A stretch of DNA of 64,000 nucleotides from the human T2T-CHM13v2.0 reference genome, Homo sapiens. How positions within the stretch are numbered: position 1 is the first letter of the stretch; the number at the start of each line of letters is the position of its first letter. Both the position numbers and the translations under genes were made by a program. Location of the stretch: NCBI RefSeq assembly GCF_009914755.1, contig NC_060930.1; one strand, given 5' to 3'. This document shows, piece after piece, positions 12,199 through 27,329 of the stretch. The notes below the pieces were generated by a model, which was not told the origin of the DNA, made no database searches, and saw nothing but the letters and a program-made list of their open reading frames with translations.

Positions 12199-12232
<34 letters not shown>
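12183..12232 (+). repeat. (CA)n microsatellite
   Basis: Directly visible, two GA interruptions. Confidence 0.95.
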
Positions 12233-12233
<1 letters not shown>

Positions 12234-12699
12234 GTGATGTCCTGTCATAATTCAGAAGGCGGATGACTCCCCAGGCCGCTAATTGGATGGGCATTTGGGC
12301 AGTGGCTCCCCGTCTATTCTGAGCTTTGTGCTGTGCACTAATTAAAACCATCAGCGTTGAGTCTTTGCTTTATAAGCATTGGCTTCTCTGCGACGTCTAT
12401 TTGAGAAGATGCATCATCTTCTAGCATGCAAAATAGGCTAACCCCTGTTGATGCATGAAGAGAAACGCCATTCTTGTGCTTTTAGAAAAAGAATGTGGTT
12501 GTTTTTTGTGGGCAGTTACCTCCCTAGCACCTTGGACTTCAATGCGACTTAGTGATTGACACAAGCCCCATGGGCTACCATTTTGAGGGCGGTTGCGGCC
12601 GAGCTCTTTGTGTCGGGCTGGGGCTCCCTGATCCTCTAGACCACGGGAGCACAGGTAAGGGGGCCCAAGAAGGTAAAAGGGACCCAACTGGGTCCCTTT

Positions 12700-13099
12700 T
12701 TACATATATGTATGTACATATATATACACACATACGCATGTATACAGAGAGAGAGAGTAAGAAAGAGACAGAAAATTCTAAGGAATTGTCCCGCAACATT
12801 GTGGGGGCTGGCAAGTGTGTAATCCACAGCATGGGCTGGCCGACTGGGACATTCACCAGGAGTTGACATTGCAGTCTTGAGCCCCGTCCCAGGACAGTCT
12901 GGAAGCAGACGTTCTTCCCTCTCTGAGGTTTTCGGGTTGGGTTAGGCTCACATTATGGAGGGTGATCTGCTTTACTCAAAGTCTACTGATTTTTATTCAG
13001 GTCCAATGAATACCTTCACAGCAACATGGAGACTGTAGTTTGATCAGATATCTGGATACCATGGTCTGGCCAAGGTGACCCATAAAATTCACCATCACA
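12700..13099 (-). mobile_element. MLT2 (ERVL) LTR with TA/GA-rich tract
   Basis: CACATTATGGAGGGTGATCTGCTTTACTCAAAGTCTACTGATTT...CATAAAATTCACCATCACA. Confidence 0.8.
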
Positions 13100-13239
13100 C
13101 ATATCTCAGCTAACCAACTGCTCATACCATTCAACAGAATTATTGGTTTTCCGAGTTTCTGTTGGATCCTCACTCTTCTGAGGAAGAAGCAAAGCATTCA
13201 TGATAACAGCAGAGTGGGAGCCTCAAGTTTAACTTGATT

Positions 13240-13548
<309 letters not shown>

Positions 13549-14561
13549 TTAAGCAGCAGGAGCTATAGGCTAAGCCACACGAGGTCCCTGCAGGAGGGGA
13601 CACCCCCCCCAACACACACCAGGAGAAGCAAAAAGGTCTTATTCCATCCCATCTTCCTTAGAATCACTGGCAGAGAAAGGGGTGCCTGTCACCCACCTGG
13701 GGTAACATCTGCCCACTGGTTTTCTTTTTCATGAACTTTGGGGAAGGATTAAAAACCCAGAAATGTCCTACTTATCAACATAGCTTTACCTTTTCTTTCA
13801 TTGGTTATATCAATAGCTCTAATGCCAGTTAAACAATGTGAGACTGTTTGGGGCTTCAGTTCTTCAGAATGTCAAAAATCTCACAGCAATATGGATGGTT
13901 TGCACAGTCTGTTCAATTTAACAAACACTTACTGGGCAGCTAATATATCAGACATTGTGCTAGGTAGCATGAGAGATCCAGAAATGAATCAAAGTCTCTG
14001 CCACCCAGGCATCTGCCTTCTCTGAAACAACTCACAGATGAGGATGAGAGCACAAGTAGTTCTAGAGTCTGTTGGGTTAGATCATTCTCCCAAGCACTCC
14101 TCAGACCCTTGAACAGTCTCCCAGCCCATGCAGCAAAAGGCAAAATCTTCATAGTGACTGCAAGGGCCTATTTAACCCCTCAAGCCTCTTTCATCTCCCT
14201 GACCTGCTCTCCTTCCCTGTCCTCCTGCCCCACTCTGCCCCAGCCACAGTGGCCTCCTGTGCACATCAGTGGCCAGCTCACTCCCACAACTGTGGTCTCA
14301 ACACTTGCTAAACCTTTGTTGGGATTGCTTTTTCTACAAGAGCACACATGCAGGAAGTGACAAATCCACTGCTTTTCCCTATAATTTTTTTGAAGCATTT
14401 CTTCCGCATCTTCTTAAAAGGATGGCTAAGAAGTCAAAATAGTTGCCTATTCTTAGGCGCAAATGGTGCTTTCAAAGAGGCTTACATAGCTTTCCTTATC
14501 TGGTAGCTGCACAGCACTCCTGTGATGCGGGTTTCCTTATTAATGTATTCTGCATGCCCCT

Positions 14562-15125
14562 TGTATTTATTATCAATTGCTATGTAACAAATTACCACAA
14601 ATTTAGCAGCTTTGAACAACACACATGTATTGTCTCCCAGTTTCTGGGAATCAAAAATCTGGATATGGACTGAGTCTTCTGCCGCAGGGTCTCGCAGCTG
14701 CAATCAAGGTGATGGTCAGGCTGTGTTCTCATCTGGAGGCTCAACGAGAGAAGCAGCTGCTTCCAGGCTCACTCGGGTTGTTGGAAGACTGTCTTTCACT
14801 GTAGCTGTAAGACTGAGAGCTTCCGATGTCTTGCTGGCTGCCAGCTGGAGGCTGCCCTCAGTTCCCTGCCACATGGCCCTCTCCATAGGCACTCCACAAT
14901 GTGGCAGCTTGCCTCCTCAAACCCAGCACAAGAGTCAGAGTGATTTGCTAGGATGACAGTCTTATATATGTTATGTAATGAAGTCATACAGTCATCACCC
15001 TTGCTATATTCCATCAGTTAGAAGCAAGTCACAGGGACTCCCCAACACACACTCAAGAGGTGGGGATTACACTCAGGTGAAACTATCAGGAGGGAGGATC
15101 ATGGGGACCACCTTAGAGGCTGCCC
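14562..15125 (-). mobile_element. MLT1E/F-like LTR
   Basis: TGTATTTATTATCAATTGCTATGTAACAAATTACCACAAATTTAGCAGC...GATCATGGGGACCACCTTAGAG. Confidence 0.75.
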
Positions 15126-16249
15126 CTTTTGCTTCTAACTCACCCCAGCCTAAATTATCATCCCAAACTAATGGACAGAAGACTCCAAAGAGTGAATATT
15201 TACCCTATTTGATTTATTTTGGCCATAGCGTGAGCCTTCACAGATTTTCCCAAAACCCTTAGAAAGTGCTGATTTGCAAAGACACTCAGTGCTGGGAGGA
15301 GCATGTCCATGAAGAAGACAGGGGTTCTCTGTGTTTTCCTACAGGAAATGTGGCCTGGAAGGGCTGGAACTAGCACTTAACCAAGAAGTAGTTTTAGAGA
15401 CCAAATAATACCTCACTGCTGCTCCCGGAGGCTTCTAAATCCATATTTGAAGTCATTAGCTCCACATGTCTCAGGGAGAGGCTTCCTGGGCAGTCGGGGC
15501 CCTGGGAGCCAACAATTCAGAGTCAAGGCCAGACCAGTTTCCAAACCCCAACCCGGTTATGTTTTCTGCCATAGCTGAAGAGCAGAAAGCCCAGAGCAAC
15601 AAGAAGCAGGGATGGTGACAGGCAACGCAAATAACCCTTAAGCATAGATAGAAAAATCTGCACTTCAATGGCAGGCTGTTGTTTACCAGTTTATTGCACT
15701 TGACCTGAGAGCTCTGAAATGTCCCTCTCATGACAAATGTCTTAGCACTGTGCAAATGAAAAAAAGGACTCAAGAAAAACAACTTCAGCTCACATTCTTT
15801 AAATACTCCAGCCTTCCAGTGGCCACAGTTTTACAGCCTGGCTAAAAGGTGATCCTTCTGAAAACTTAATCGCTACGACAAGAGCTTTTCTTCTTCGTTT
15901 ATAATAAATTGTGAATTTTTAAAAGACAACATGCTGAGCTTTAATTTTAAATGGAGGCACCCTGGAGGTGGTAGAAACACAGCCGCCTTTGACTTTCTAT
16001 TTGGCTTTGCAGCAGAGAGGCCTTGTGGGCTGCCAAAGTGGGTGTTATTGCCTTCAACCTGCCAAAATCACAGCACAGTCCTTCAAGGGGAGGAGGGGAA
16101 AGCCAAGGAGCAGAGAGGACAGAGGGTGGGTTCCTGGTGCCACACACCTGTGGGGAACCCAGCCCACCTCCACCAAGTGGTGGAAGAAGAATTTCAGTGT
16201 TTTCATCAAGGAAGAGGCTCCAGGAAAAAATGGAGAGCATGAACATTGT

Positions 16250-16410
16250 GCAGCTCCAGGACCAGAATTTATGTCCTGTCTCCACATTTTACTCTTTGAA
16301 TGGCTTTGGGCAAGAAGCCCACCTTCACCGTCCTCATCTGTGAAATGGAAATAATACCTACTCCATCCACCAGACAGGCCCAATAAGGACCATTGGTATT
16401 AACTGCTTTG
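16250..16410 (+). mobile_element. MIR fragment
   Basis: TTGGGCAAG...CCTCATCTGTGAAATGGAAATAATACCTAC. Confidence 0.65.
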
Positions 16411-16413
16411 TAA

Positions 16414-17023
16414 TGTAGGATATAATAAATTCCTCTTCAAAGGTTTTAGCCTATAAATTGTTAAGTACAATGAGTTCTGAGATCCTCTCCAAGGAACCAA
16501 TGTATCCGTATGTTCAGCTCCCCTGTCCTTTGTTCTTCATTTTAAAGTTTAACTTCCTTGTTCTCTTTATCTCTTTGCCCCTAGTTTCAGTAAACAACCC
16601 CTCCCCCCACCACAGCCCCTATCACCTGCTCTGTCTTGAGTCACCCCTGGTCACCTGCTCTGTCCTGAGTCACCTCTGGTCACCTGCTCTGACCTGAGTC
16701 ATCCTGAGTCACCCTGAGTCACCTGTTGTGCCAAACTACTCACCCTGCCACTCCAACTCATACCCCTGCTCTCTTTAAAATAGCCAATCGGAATTAGCTT
16801 AGACTGTGAAGTCCAACCCTAGCCAATAGGGGAACAACACAGCAGTAGAGGCTACCTGCATCAGGAATAAAAACCCCCTCCCCTCCTTTGTTCAGGTGTG
16901 CTCTCACCATTGCCCCATCCATGAGTTACACCCTTCTACAGAAGTAAAATTTGCCTTGCTGAGGAAATTAAATTTATGTTTGAGTGCTATTTCTTTTGCA
17001 GCACTGAAAATTTATTTCTAACA
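16414..17023 (+). mobile_element. LTR10-family solo LTR with AP-1 repeat array
   Basis: TGTAGGATAT...TTTCTAACA; clearly homologous to 196-755; near-TSD GTAA/GTAG; five TGAGTCA. Confidence 0.88.
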
Positions 17024-17428
17024 GTAGCCTCTAATGCATTTCACAAATAGAAGGTAATATTACCACTATTGGATTAGAGTTTTCCCCTCATTTCCTCCAT
17101 TTTCCTTGTTTCTTCCATTTTCTATAAGGATTTTTTAAAAACAGTCTTAAGCAAAGTCTTCATAAGATTTGGGAAGTCAGACCTCACATCACTGGGATAC
17201 TGGTCAGAGGACAGCCCTTGGATGTCTTCTAGAGTCTCCATTCCCTTCTTCCCATGAGTCCTTTCTGTGATTAGGGTATGGCAGCAACAACCAAGATGGG
17301 GGCTCTGAAAGGAGGGCAAGGGTTCAGGGGAGGAGAGCATGGCCCCACATGGAATGCTGCCCTTGGTCACCCCAGCCCTCTCTCAATTTCCCTCACAACC
17401 CACCATCAGGAGCCTCAGAGTAGGCCAG

Positions 17429-17931
17429 CGTTTGAAACAAGTTTTCAGTGCCGCAAAAGAAACAGCACTCAAACAGAAATTTTTTTCTCAGCAAGGCAAA
17501 TTTACTTCTGCAGAAGGGTGCAGCTGGCGCCAGACATGATCACAAGAGCACACTGAGTAGGGTGGGGCAGGAGTTTTTATCCCTAATGCAGCAGCTTCTG
17601 TAGCTGTGTCCTTTCCCCATTGGCTGGAGTTGGACTGCACAATCTAAGCTGAGACCTGACTGGCTACTGTTTAAAATTGAACAGGGCTAACTAGGCAGGA
17701 AGGGAGAGGCTGTCCCTTACAATTTTAGGGTGCAGTAAAGGCAGAAAGGATAGTTGCAGAGTAGGGAATAGATGTGAGTTATAGATTAGGACTGATGGGA
17801 AGATTGTTTACCATAATTAGAGGCAAGGGGGCATAAAGAACGAGGAAGTTACTCTTTGAAAATAGAGAACAAAGAACAAGGAAGCTGAACAAGCTGACTC
17901 TTCTTTGAAGAGGAACCCACCGTACCCAACA
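17429..17931 (-). mobile_element. LTR10-family solo LTR (LTR10B-like)
   Basis: Minus strand TGTTGGGTACGGTGGGTTCCTCTTCAAAG...; 3' part homologous to the other LTR10s; perfect TSD CCAG (17425-17428, 17932-17935). Confidence 0.82.
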
Positions 17932-17969
17932 CCAGAAAGACTATAACCTTGGTGAGCAATTTTAAAAAC

Positions 17970-18360
17970 TGGAGTAGTTTGCTAGGGTTACTTTAACAAA
18001 GTACCATAGACTGGGGGCTTAAATGACAGAAATTTATTTCCTCACAGCTTTGAAGGCTGGGAGTCCAAGATCCAGGTGTCAGCAGCGTTGGTATCTCCTG
18101 TGGCCACTCTCCTTGGCTTGCAGACGGCGTCTTCTCCCTGTGTCCCCACATGACCACCCTTCTCCACCTTAGCATCCCCGGTGTCTCTGTGTGTCCGGAT
18201 GTCCTTTTCTCATGAGGTGAGGACACAGTCAGATTGGATTAGGGCCCACCCTAATGGACCTGTTTAAAGGCCCTGTCTCCAAGTACAGCCACATTCTGAG
18301 ATACTGGGAGTTAGGGCTTCAAGATACAAATTTTAGAGAGGCCCACTCCAGCCCATCACA
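17970..18360 (-). mobile_element. MLT1A-like LTR
   Basis: AACAAAGTACCATAGACTGGGGGCTTAAATGACAGAAATTTATTTC...CAGCCCATCACA. Confidence 0.82.
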
Positions 18361-19801
18361 AAGACATAAGGGTGGGGGCCCCATAATGAAGACAGAGTTG
18401 GGTGGGGAGTAATGACACATGAATATGCCCCTTTTGTCATCCTTTTAAAAAGTTGTAGAAGGAATAAGTTAGGTCACATATGTAAAAGTTCAATAAAAGG
18501 CCATCGAATAAGAATTGGAACTCTAGAAAATCTCCCAGGTTGTCTTTGTTGACAAACTGGTTTCTCTTTCTCTTCTTTCTACTATTATAACCCCAGGGAA
18601 GTGAACTTGACATGGTTTAGCAACCAAATAAAGCCATACGTCACTGCTGCTCTTTGAAGATAATGAAATCTGGCATCGAGATCTTTATCTTTGCAGGAAC
18701 CAAAGGCCAGAGACTTCTCAGCAAACACAAGTGGGTGTCTAGTATCTGGGGCAAAGGACCGTGAGGCTGGAGAGAGAAACAGAAGGGAAGAAGGGTCCCT
18801 TACTGGCTGTCACAGGAAGCTGTGGGATGCAGACACATCCAGGGAAAGGCAGAGGCTGCCTCCAAGGCTACATGACCTGCAGGCAGCCCCGGACCCCCTG
18901 GGGAGGACTCAGGTCTCCACTGAAGGGACAGCCGAACAGAGGGAAATGGAAGTAGAGCCGTGGGGACTCCTGGGAGGGGGAAGAAGGCATAGGAGGGGAG
19001 AGTGACCAGGGAGACAAGCCCCTCAAGGTCAGAGAGGGAAGCCAGTGGGTCCCCGAGGGTGGGGTCGTGCAGTGAAATGTACTGTAGGAGGTGGGAGCAG
19101 GTGTTGGGAGCACGTGAAAGTCACAGCCAGCCTCAGGCAGCACCACTCAAGTCTATCTCAGTTGCTCATCTGGTCCAGAGAGGTTGAAAGGACGGGAAAG
19201 CTTCAAGACTGGATTCTTCGCATCTGCTCTATGACAGAGAAGGTTAGGACCAGAAAGTGGCCTCTGCAAACACAGCCATTTATATGTTTGGACTACTGTG
19301 TTTGCTTTGATTTTCCTGTTTCCTAAATAAGAAAGGCTGCTGCTTAAGAGTCCAGTCTGATCTCAACTAAGGGGAAAAGACATTTGTTTCATTTCCATTA
19401 AGGGTGGGATGTGGAGAGGGATCAGTCCCTCTTTGGTGACACCCTAAGGCAGGTCCTGGGCATCCAATCAGCTCCTGAGCCAAGAGGGTCAGTAGAACTA
19501 GATGCCAGAATCCCAGAGCAGACACCAGAAACCAAGGGCTTCTGGGGCAATCAACCCCCACCTGCTGCCTGAAAGGCTTCCTTTGCCCACTACTTTCCAG
19601 GACCAGAGAGAGAAGCATCCCTGCTGATGAGAAAGAACAGACACTCCCAGAGGACAAGGTCCACCTGTCAGGCAGCCACAGCCCAGCATACTCTGGAGTC
19701 TGAGGTGGGGGTCAGTTGTGAAGAAAGGGAAGAAGGAAGAAAAAGGATACGTTGTGCTCCGACCACAGGCCAAGGTACAAAGAAGAGGGGAAAAGAAAAT
19801 A

Positions 19802-20100
<299 letters not shown>

Positions 20101-20309
20101 TAGAAGACTTACCTTGCCCACTAGGGAAGGGCTCACTAGTGAGAGAACCACAGGGTTCTCTTTCACTTACTAGGGAAATGGCTTCCCCAGAGAATGGTCT
20201 TCAATTTCAAATGAGTCCTACACAAATATGTTTTCAGGACCCCAGGATTGGCAGAACCCATGCACCCTCACAGGCACCCCAAAAGTCTCCCCCGGGGCCT
20301 ACCTACAGT

Positions 20310-20499
20310 TGAGTTGTCAGATAAAATACAGGATGCCCAGTTAAATTAAATTTCAGATAAACAAGCAGTGGTATTTTCATATCAGTGTGTCTCATGCAAT
20401 ATGTGGGACATGGTAATGCTGTAAAAATTATTTATTGTTTATCTGAAATTCAGATTTCACTGGACATCCTCTATGCTTTCTTGTTAAATCTGGTAGCCA
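20310..20499. mobile_element. MER53 palindromic MITE
   Basis: CAGATAAAATACAGGATGCCCAGTTAAATTAAATTTCAGATAAACAA mirrored by TTGTTTATCTGAAATTCAGATTTCACTGGACATCCT. Confidence 0.82.
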
Positions 20500-21147
20500 C
20501 CAGCAGTTGTTGCTTTTCAAGCTATAAGAGATGGATTATGGCTTAACAGGCTGCCAGACAAGATGACATCACAGATGATTGGCTGGGTTACTGCAAGAGT
20601 TTCAGCCCTTCCTAGACATGTCCATACTTTTGACTGCCATTTATAAACATCTGATTCAACTGGTTTAACCAGAAGAACAGTTATTGTCCCTGTAACCAGG
20701 AATCCAGAGACAAGGCGAGCTCCAGATGCAATGTGATTGATAGTGAGTGTCACGGAGGACTTTCCATCTGTCCCTCTGTCATCCTCAGTATTGATTCCAC
20801 CCCTGGGCTGAGGGCAAGTGGTGGCAGCAGGCACAGCGTCCCCTCCAGACACAGCTGTGTCATTGGCATGGCTTCTGAGATGTGGTGGAAGGACAGGACT
20901 AAGACACAAGAGCTATTCAGGATCCCACAGCATCCGGATGTCTTCGGACTTATGGCCAGTGAAGAACATGAAGAGAAGGGCAGAGCTGAGTCAGAGTCAG
21001 CATGTCAGCTGGAGGAAGTCATCTGACATTTTATGATGTGTATTCACATCTGAAGGGAACAATGGGAGTGAGTGCAGCAACCACGAAAACATGCCCCATG
21101 GAAACTGGCTGGTGCGTAGCAGTCATAAGCAGTGGGCATGGCACTGA

Positions 21148-21798
<651 letters not shown>

Positions 21799-21799
21799 T

Positions 21800-22060
21800 C
21801 TTTTTTTAAATTTTTAAAATTATTTTAAAATTTTTTCTGGGTACATAGTAGGTACATGAGTATGGGGTACATGAGATGTTTTGATACAGGCATGCAATGT
21901 GAAATAAGCACATCATGGGGAATGGGGTATCCATCCTCTCAAGTATTTATCCTTTGAGTTACAAACAATACAATTATACTCTTTAAGCTATTTAAAAATA
22001 TACAATTATTATTGAGTATAGTCACCCAATTGTGCTATCAAATAGGTCTTATTCATTCAT
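21800..22060 (-). mobile_element. L1MA 3' end
   Basis: GGGTACATAGTAGG...GGGGTACATGAGATGTTTTGATACAGGCATGCAATGTG. Confidence 0.82.
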
Positions 22061-23029
22061 TAAATTGTTTTCTAAACTGTAGGATGATGCTTAAATAATG
22101 GACTGAAAGTATGGTTTTGCTCATCCCACCTCTGGGAAATTACCTGTTGCTGACAAATGCACCAGATACAAACCTCTCAGCAGTACTTTCCTCTCTGGCT
22201 TTCAAAGGAAAACACTCTGGTTGATTTATGAAAATACTTCTTTGCTGGTTCATCTCAGCCAATGAGACATCACATGAGCTTAACCCTCATTCTCTCTTTT
22301 ATCTGAGTCTCTTTTATAAGTCACTTCCATAAAGCAGAAGACGATTTATCCAGGAACAAAACTACGTGAACAGGGTAGATGGTTTTCAAATGTCACTTAA
22401 AGACAGTTCTTTGAGAAATATTGCCAAAGGGGCCATATTTTAACACAGTAGGAGAAAATCAAGACAATACACACTGACAGTTGTATCCGCAGCCTTTTCT
22501 AGACTTTCCTAAAAATAAAACAACAAAAAAATATGGAAGGCCATGTCAGAGTTTTAAAATATCAAATGCCAAATCCAATTTTTCAGGTTCAATGTTTAAT
22601 TTTCTATGAAATATGAGGACAGGGTTAACAAAGCTGATGGCAATCTAAAGAAAAAAAAAACGCCTTCTAATATTTTATCTTCTCTCCTACTAAGTAAATA
22701 TCCCTCCAGGGAGCTCATATCTAGACTAGAGCCTATACTATAAAGGTGAAACCCTTGTGTGCATAAGTGTTCTCATGAAATCCTTTTTCCCCAGCAGGTC
22801 AGAAGACGGTATTTACCAAGTCTCTTCCCAAAATACTTGCAAATGCACATAATCTCAAAGTGTTTTTGAGGGCTCTTCCGATCTAAAATTGGTCCTAGTG
22901 ACAAGGGGTGTTTGGGGAAATCAAAGGGCTGGCTTAACTATGTAGACCTAGGTCTGGTCTTATTTCTGGCCCATACGATCATCATGACCTTGGACAAATG
23001 AAACTTCCTGGGCCTCAAGTTCCTTGTAT

Positions 23030-23490
23030 CAGAAAGGATGGCATTCAGCTGCGTACAACAGAAAACCAAATCACAGTGGCTTATCCAAGAAAAGTTCAAT
23101 TTTTCTCAAAACTACAGCGTCCTGGGCTGATGCGGCAGCCCCAGGACGACCTCAGCATCTCACTCCTCCTTTCTTTACTCGGCCCCATCCTCAGGCTGTG
23201 ACTTTCATCCTCAGGTTTGTCATCTTTTGGTGGTAAGATGGTTGCTCTACCTCAAGCTCACAAAAAGAAATGGGGGAAAGCAGGAAAGAAGAAAATCTGC
23301 TTCCCCAGAGACTCTGAGGCTGCACTTGCACATCTTATGGATCCAAACTGTGTCCCATGGCTGCCCCTAGATGCAAGGGGCCTGGGGAAATGAGCGGATT
23401 CATCAGGTACACTGCAACCATACATGAAAGGAAAGTTCTGTCAATAAAGAAGAGCGAAATCTACATTTGGTCAGGAAACAGCATTGCCTG
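23030..23490 (-). mobile_element. old MLT1 (J/K/L-like) LTR remnant
   Basis: CATTCAGCTGCGTACAACAGAAAACC...GTCCCATGGCTGCCCCTAGATGCAAGGG. Confidence 0.5.
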
Positions 23491-23875
23491 CAATATGCCT
23501 CATATGAAATAAAGCCTTTCTTGCCCCCATTCTGCTACTCGGTCATTCTTGCACTCAACAAATAGATGTTGAGTGCCCACTCTCTCCAGGCCATGTTCTA
23601 GGTGCTGCGGATGCAATCCTGAATCTATGAACACGATTGGCAGAACAATAAATATTGATTGTCTTGGCCACTCACCAAATAAAGTGCTCCTGGGAAGGCT
23701 GAGATCTAATGCAAAGCAGCAGCTTGACTTTCTCACTCCCTGGCAACAATGCCAAGCAAGAGAAAGCGATGGGTAAGGCCTGGCTCAAGAGTCTCACTGC
23801 AACCTGCACTGTAGATTCTACCTGCTAATTTCCTCAGCCTTCTCTGGTTTTGGGCTTCAGAATGCCCTAACTCTG

Positions 23876-24175
<300 letters not shown>

Positions 24176-24717
24176 CTAAGTCTACTCTGGACCATGAGCA
24201 AGGATAATCTGTCTTAGAGGAGAGAAGGTGAGGTTATGATTCCAGAGCATTTGGTGACCCAGGAAGTAGACCTGCCTCCTCCTATCTGTCCACAGAGCAG
24301 TCCTAGGGGCAATAGGCCATGAGAAGATCATGCCAGGCAGTCCATTTCTATATTACCATGTAAACAAAAACTCAGCTGTGAACCCTGGAACGTTCGTATT
24401 CTGCAGCTGCCAGTGTAAACTGGTACAGGCCTCTTGAAGAACAGTGGGGAAAGGCACTCTGAAAGCATCCACGCCTCCATACCTGCTGATCCAGGGCTCT
24501 GATTTTCCTTCTGGGAACCAAGCCTAGGAGAATGATTCAAGCTGCAGAAAACCTTTCTCCACTAAGATGTTTGCTGTGGCATTCAGTATAATAGCACACC
24601 AGAGAAACAATCTAAAGATTCATCAGTAGGAGAATATCTAAGTAAATTATGGTACATACACTCAATAAAATGTTATATGACTACTAATTATGGTGGTTAC
24701 AAAGACTATCTCTTTAA

Positions 24718-25064
<347 letters not shown>

Positions 25065-25988
25065 GATAATGCCTCTTCTGAATCTACCAAACTTGATAGG
25101 ACTCACTCTTTTTAATCTACTCCTAGTACTTCTACAGAACTTAAGAAAGCTCTTGTCTCTGTACCTAGATTTCTATGTTCCAAGAAAACCATTTTCCCAA
25201 GTCAATCAGAATATTATGGCAACAGTCCAGATTTCAGGCCAAAAATGCCACCAATTTTCCCTGAATCTCTTGGGCAAGACAAGCAAAAGATTTCTTTTAG
25301 CCTGACAGCAGTTTTATTTTACAATGCATAACAGGTATTACCTGCTTTGCCCTTTCTCTTTCCATCAAAATTGCCTCAGTGAGGCTAGCCAATGCATTTG
25401 CGAGCAAAGTTGTTATTTCCAGTTTTACCAACTTGTCCCAACCTGTACAAGCAATCACACTGGAGAAAGGAAACTTGTACCACCAGAAGATGGAAATGAG
25501 TTCAACCCCAAACTGGGATCTGAGTCTGTGTATTTCAGATTATCCCTCAATTCTTCTCCCAACTTGGGTTGCAGAGTGATGGTTCCTGGAGGTTCCTCAG
25601 GACACTGCTCTAAGGAACCCCGACATCTAGTTATTTCATGAGTATTTCCAGAGCATTTGCCTGGTTTAGAGATCTGTGCTTAGCCTCCCATTATTGGGGA
25701 CACAGGAAAAATTAAGCCCTGGCCTTCGAGGAGCTCACAGTTCAGCCAGGAAGGCAGCTGGCCACAATACACAACCTGCACACAAATAACACGAATAAAA
25801 GGCCTGGGGTGGGGCGCTGGCTGTGGACTGAGAAGAGACTTAATCTCAAGGTTTCAAGTTCAAACACAGGAAATAGAGCGTGGACAGGGCAGATTTGCAA
25901 CCCCATTCTGGAGCTTGTGTCTTGTGTTCATGAGGTCTTCATGTCTAAACATCTAGGTTCTCAACTTTGGGAAACAGGGAGATGGACT

Positions 25989-26286
<298 letters not shown>

Positions 26287-27329
26287 TAGACTTTTTGAGA
26301 ATCAGATGAGTATTATGGAAACTTGTCCCAGAAAAGGTTCACATGATAGACACACAAATATTTGCAAATAATTGCAGAAAATTCATGGGCTGCATCCCTC
26401 CAAAATTATTCATAAACTTATAAACTTTCAAGAGTACACAGTAAGATTATAATAATTAATATTGAGCATTTTCTGTATTTCATGGTCTGACTTAACCTCC
26501 ATGCATATGTTCTTTTCTTTAATCCTCACAACAAAACTATGGCATACAAAGCATTGCTTCCATGGTACAGCTGGGGAAACAGAGGCTCAGAGAAGTTACT
26601 CACCCCAAACTCATAGAAAGTGGGTGGATTCATGTCAAGTCAAGCAGCCAAGTCTGTGCTGTTTCAAATAACAGCTGAATGAAGTGGGTCCCATTCATCA
26701 CCCTACCACCACTATTTTAAAGATGAGGAAACAAAGGCCTTGGGTGGTGAAATAACTTGTCTGAGGTCATGTGGACCACAAATGAAGAGCCTTTGACACA
26801 GAGGAAGACAGAAGGTAGATAGATGCTTTGAAATCCCAAATGAAACACATTTGTGTGGAAGGTTCTTGAAGCAAAATCCTTCGAGCCTGGCTTGCCCCTG
26901 GGGTAGTTGTTTCTGTCTGGTGGGGTGCAAGGTAAGGCTATAATCGGCATGACCTAGAGCATCTGAAAGATCAGGAAGGAGCCCAGAGCCCCAGCCAAGG
27001 TGAACGGGAGCTGGAGGAGACTCTCTGTGAGAGCCACATGCCATCCTGGAAGTTCTGAAGCCCAGGCCAGAGCTTGACACTCCAATCCAAATGGACAAAG
27101 GGGAAAGATGAGCAGTGACTCTCTGACATGTAGGAGATGACAGTGTGTCACTGGGTGGTCAATCTGCAGTATGCTGTTATCAACCATAACTTCAACCCCA
27201 GCACATGGGGAGGTCATTCATTCCTCCAGGGATGCAAAGAAGCTGGGACAAAATGAGAGAATCATCACTGGCCAGAACCAAGCATCTGCAACAGCTGTTT
27301 TCAGAAAGTCAACACTTTCTTCCACAAAG

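Noticed and set aside
11390-12229. 279-aa minus-strand ORF
   Set aside because: Stays open across (TG)n and (TTCC)n microsatellites and GC-rich DNA; no ATG start or recognisable domain
16622-16725. CRISPR-like repeat array
   Set aside because: Tandem units without unique spacers, inside an LTR of a eukaryotic genome
17865-17900. p53 response element in the LTR10B-like copy
   Set aside because: Only mismatched half-sites (GAACAAGGAA, GAACAAGCTG)
18670-18720. Possible splice acceptor CTTTATCTTTGCAG ahead of ORF 18691-19005
   Set aside because: No partner exon or protein homology; such motifs are common
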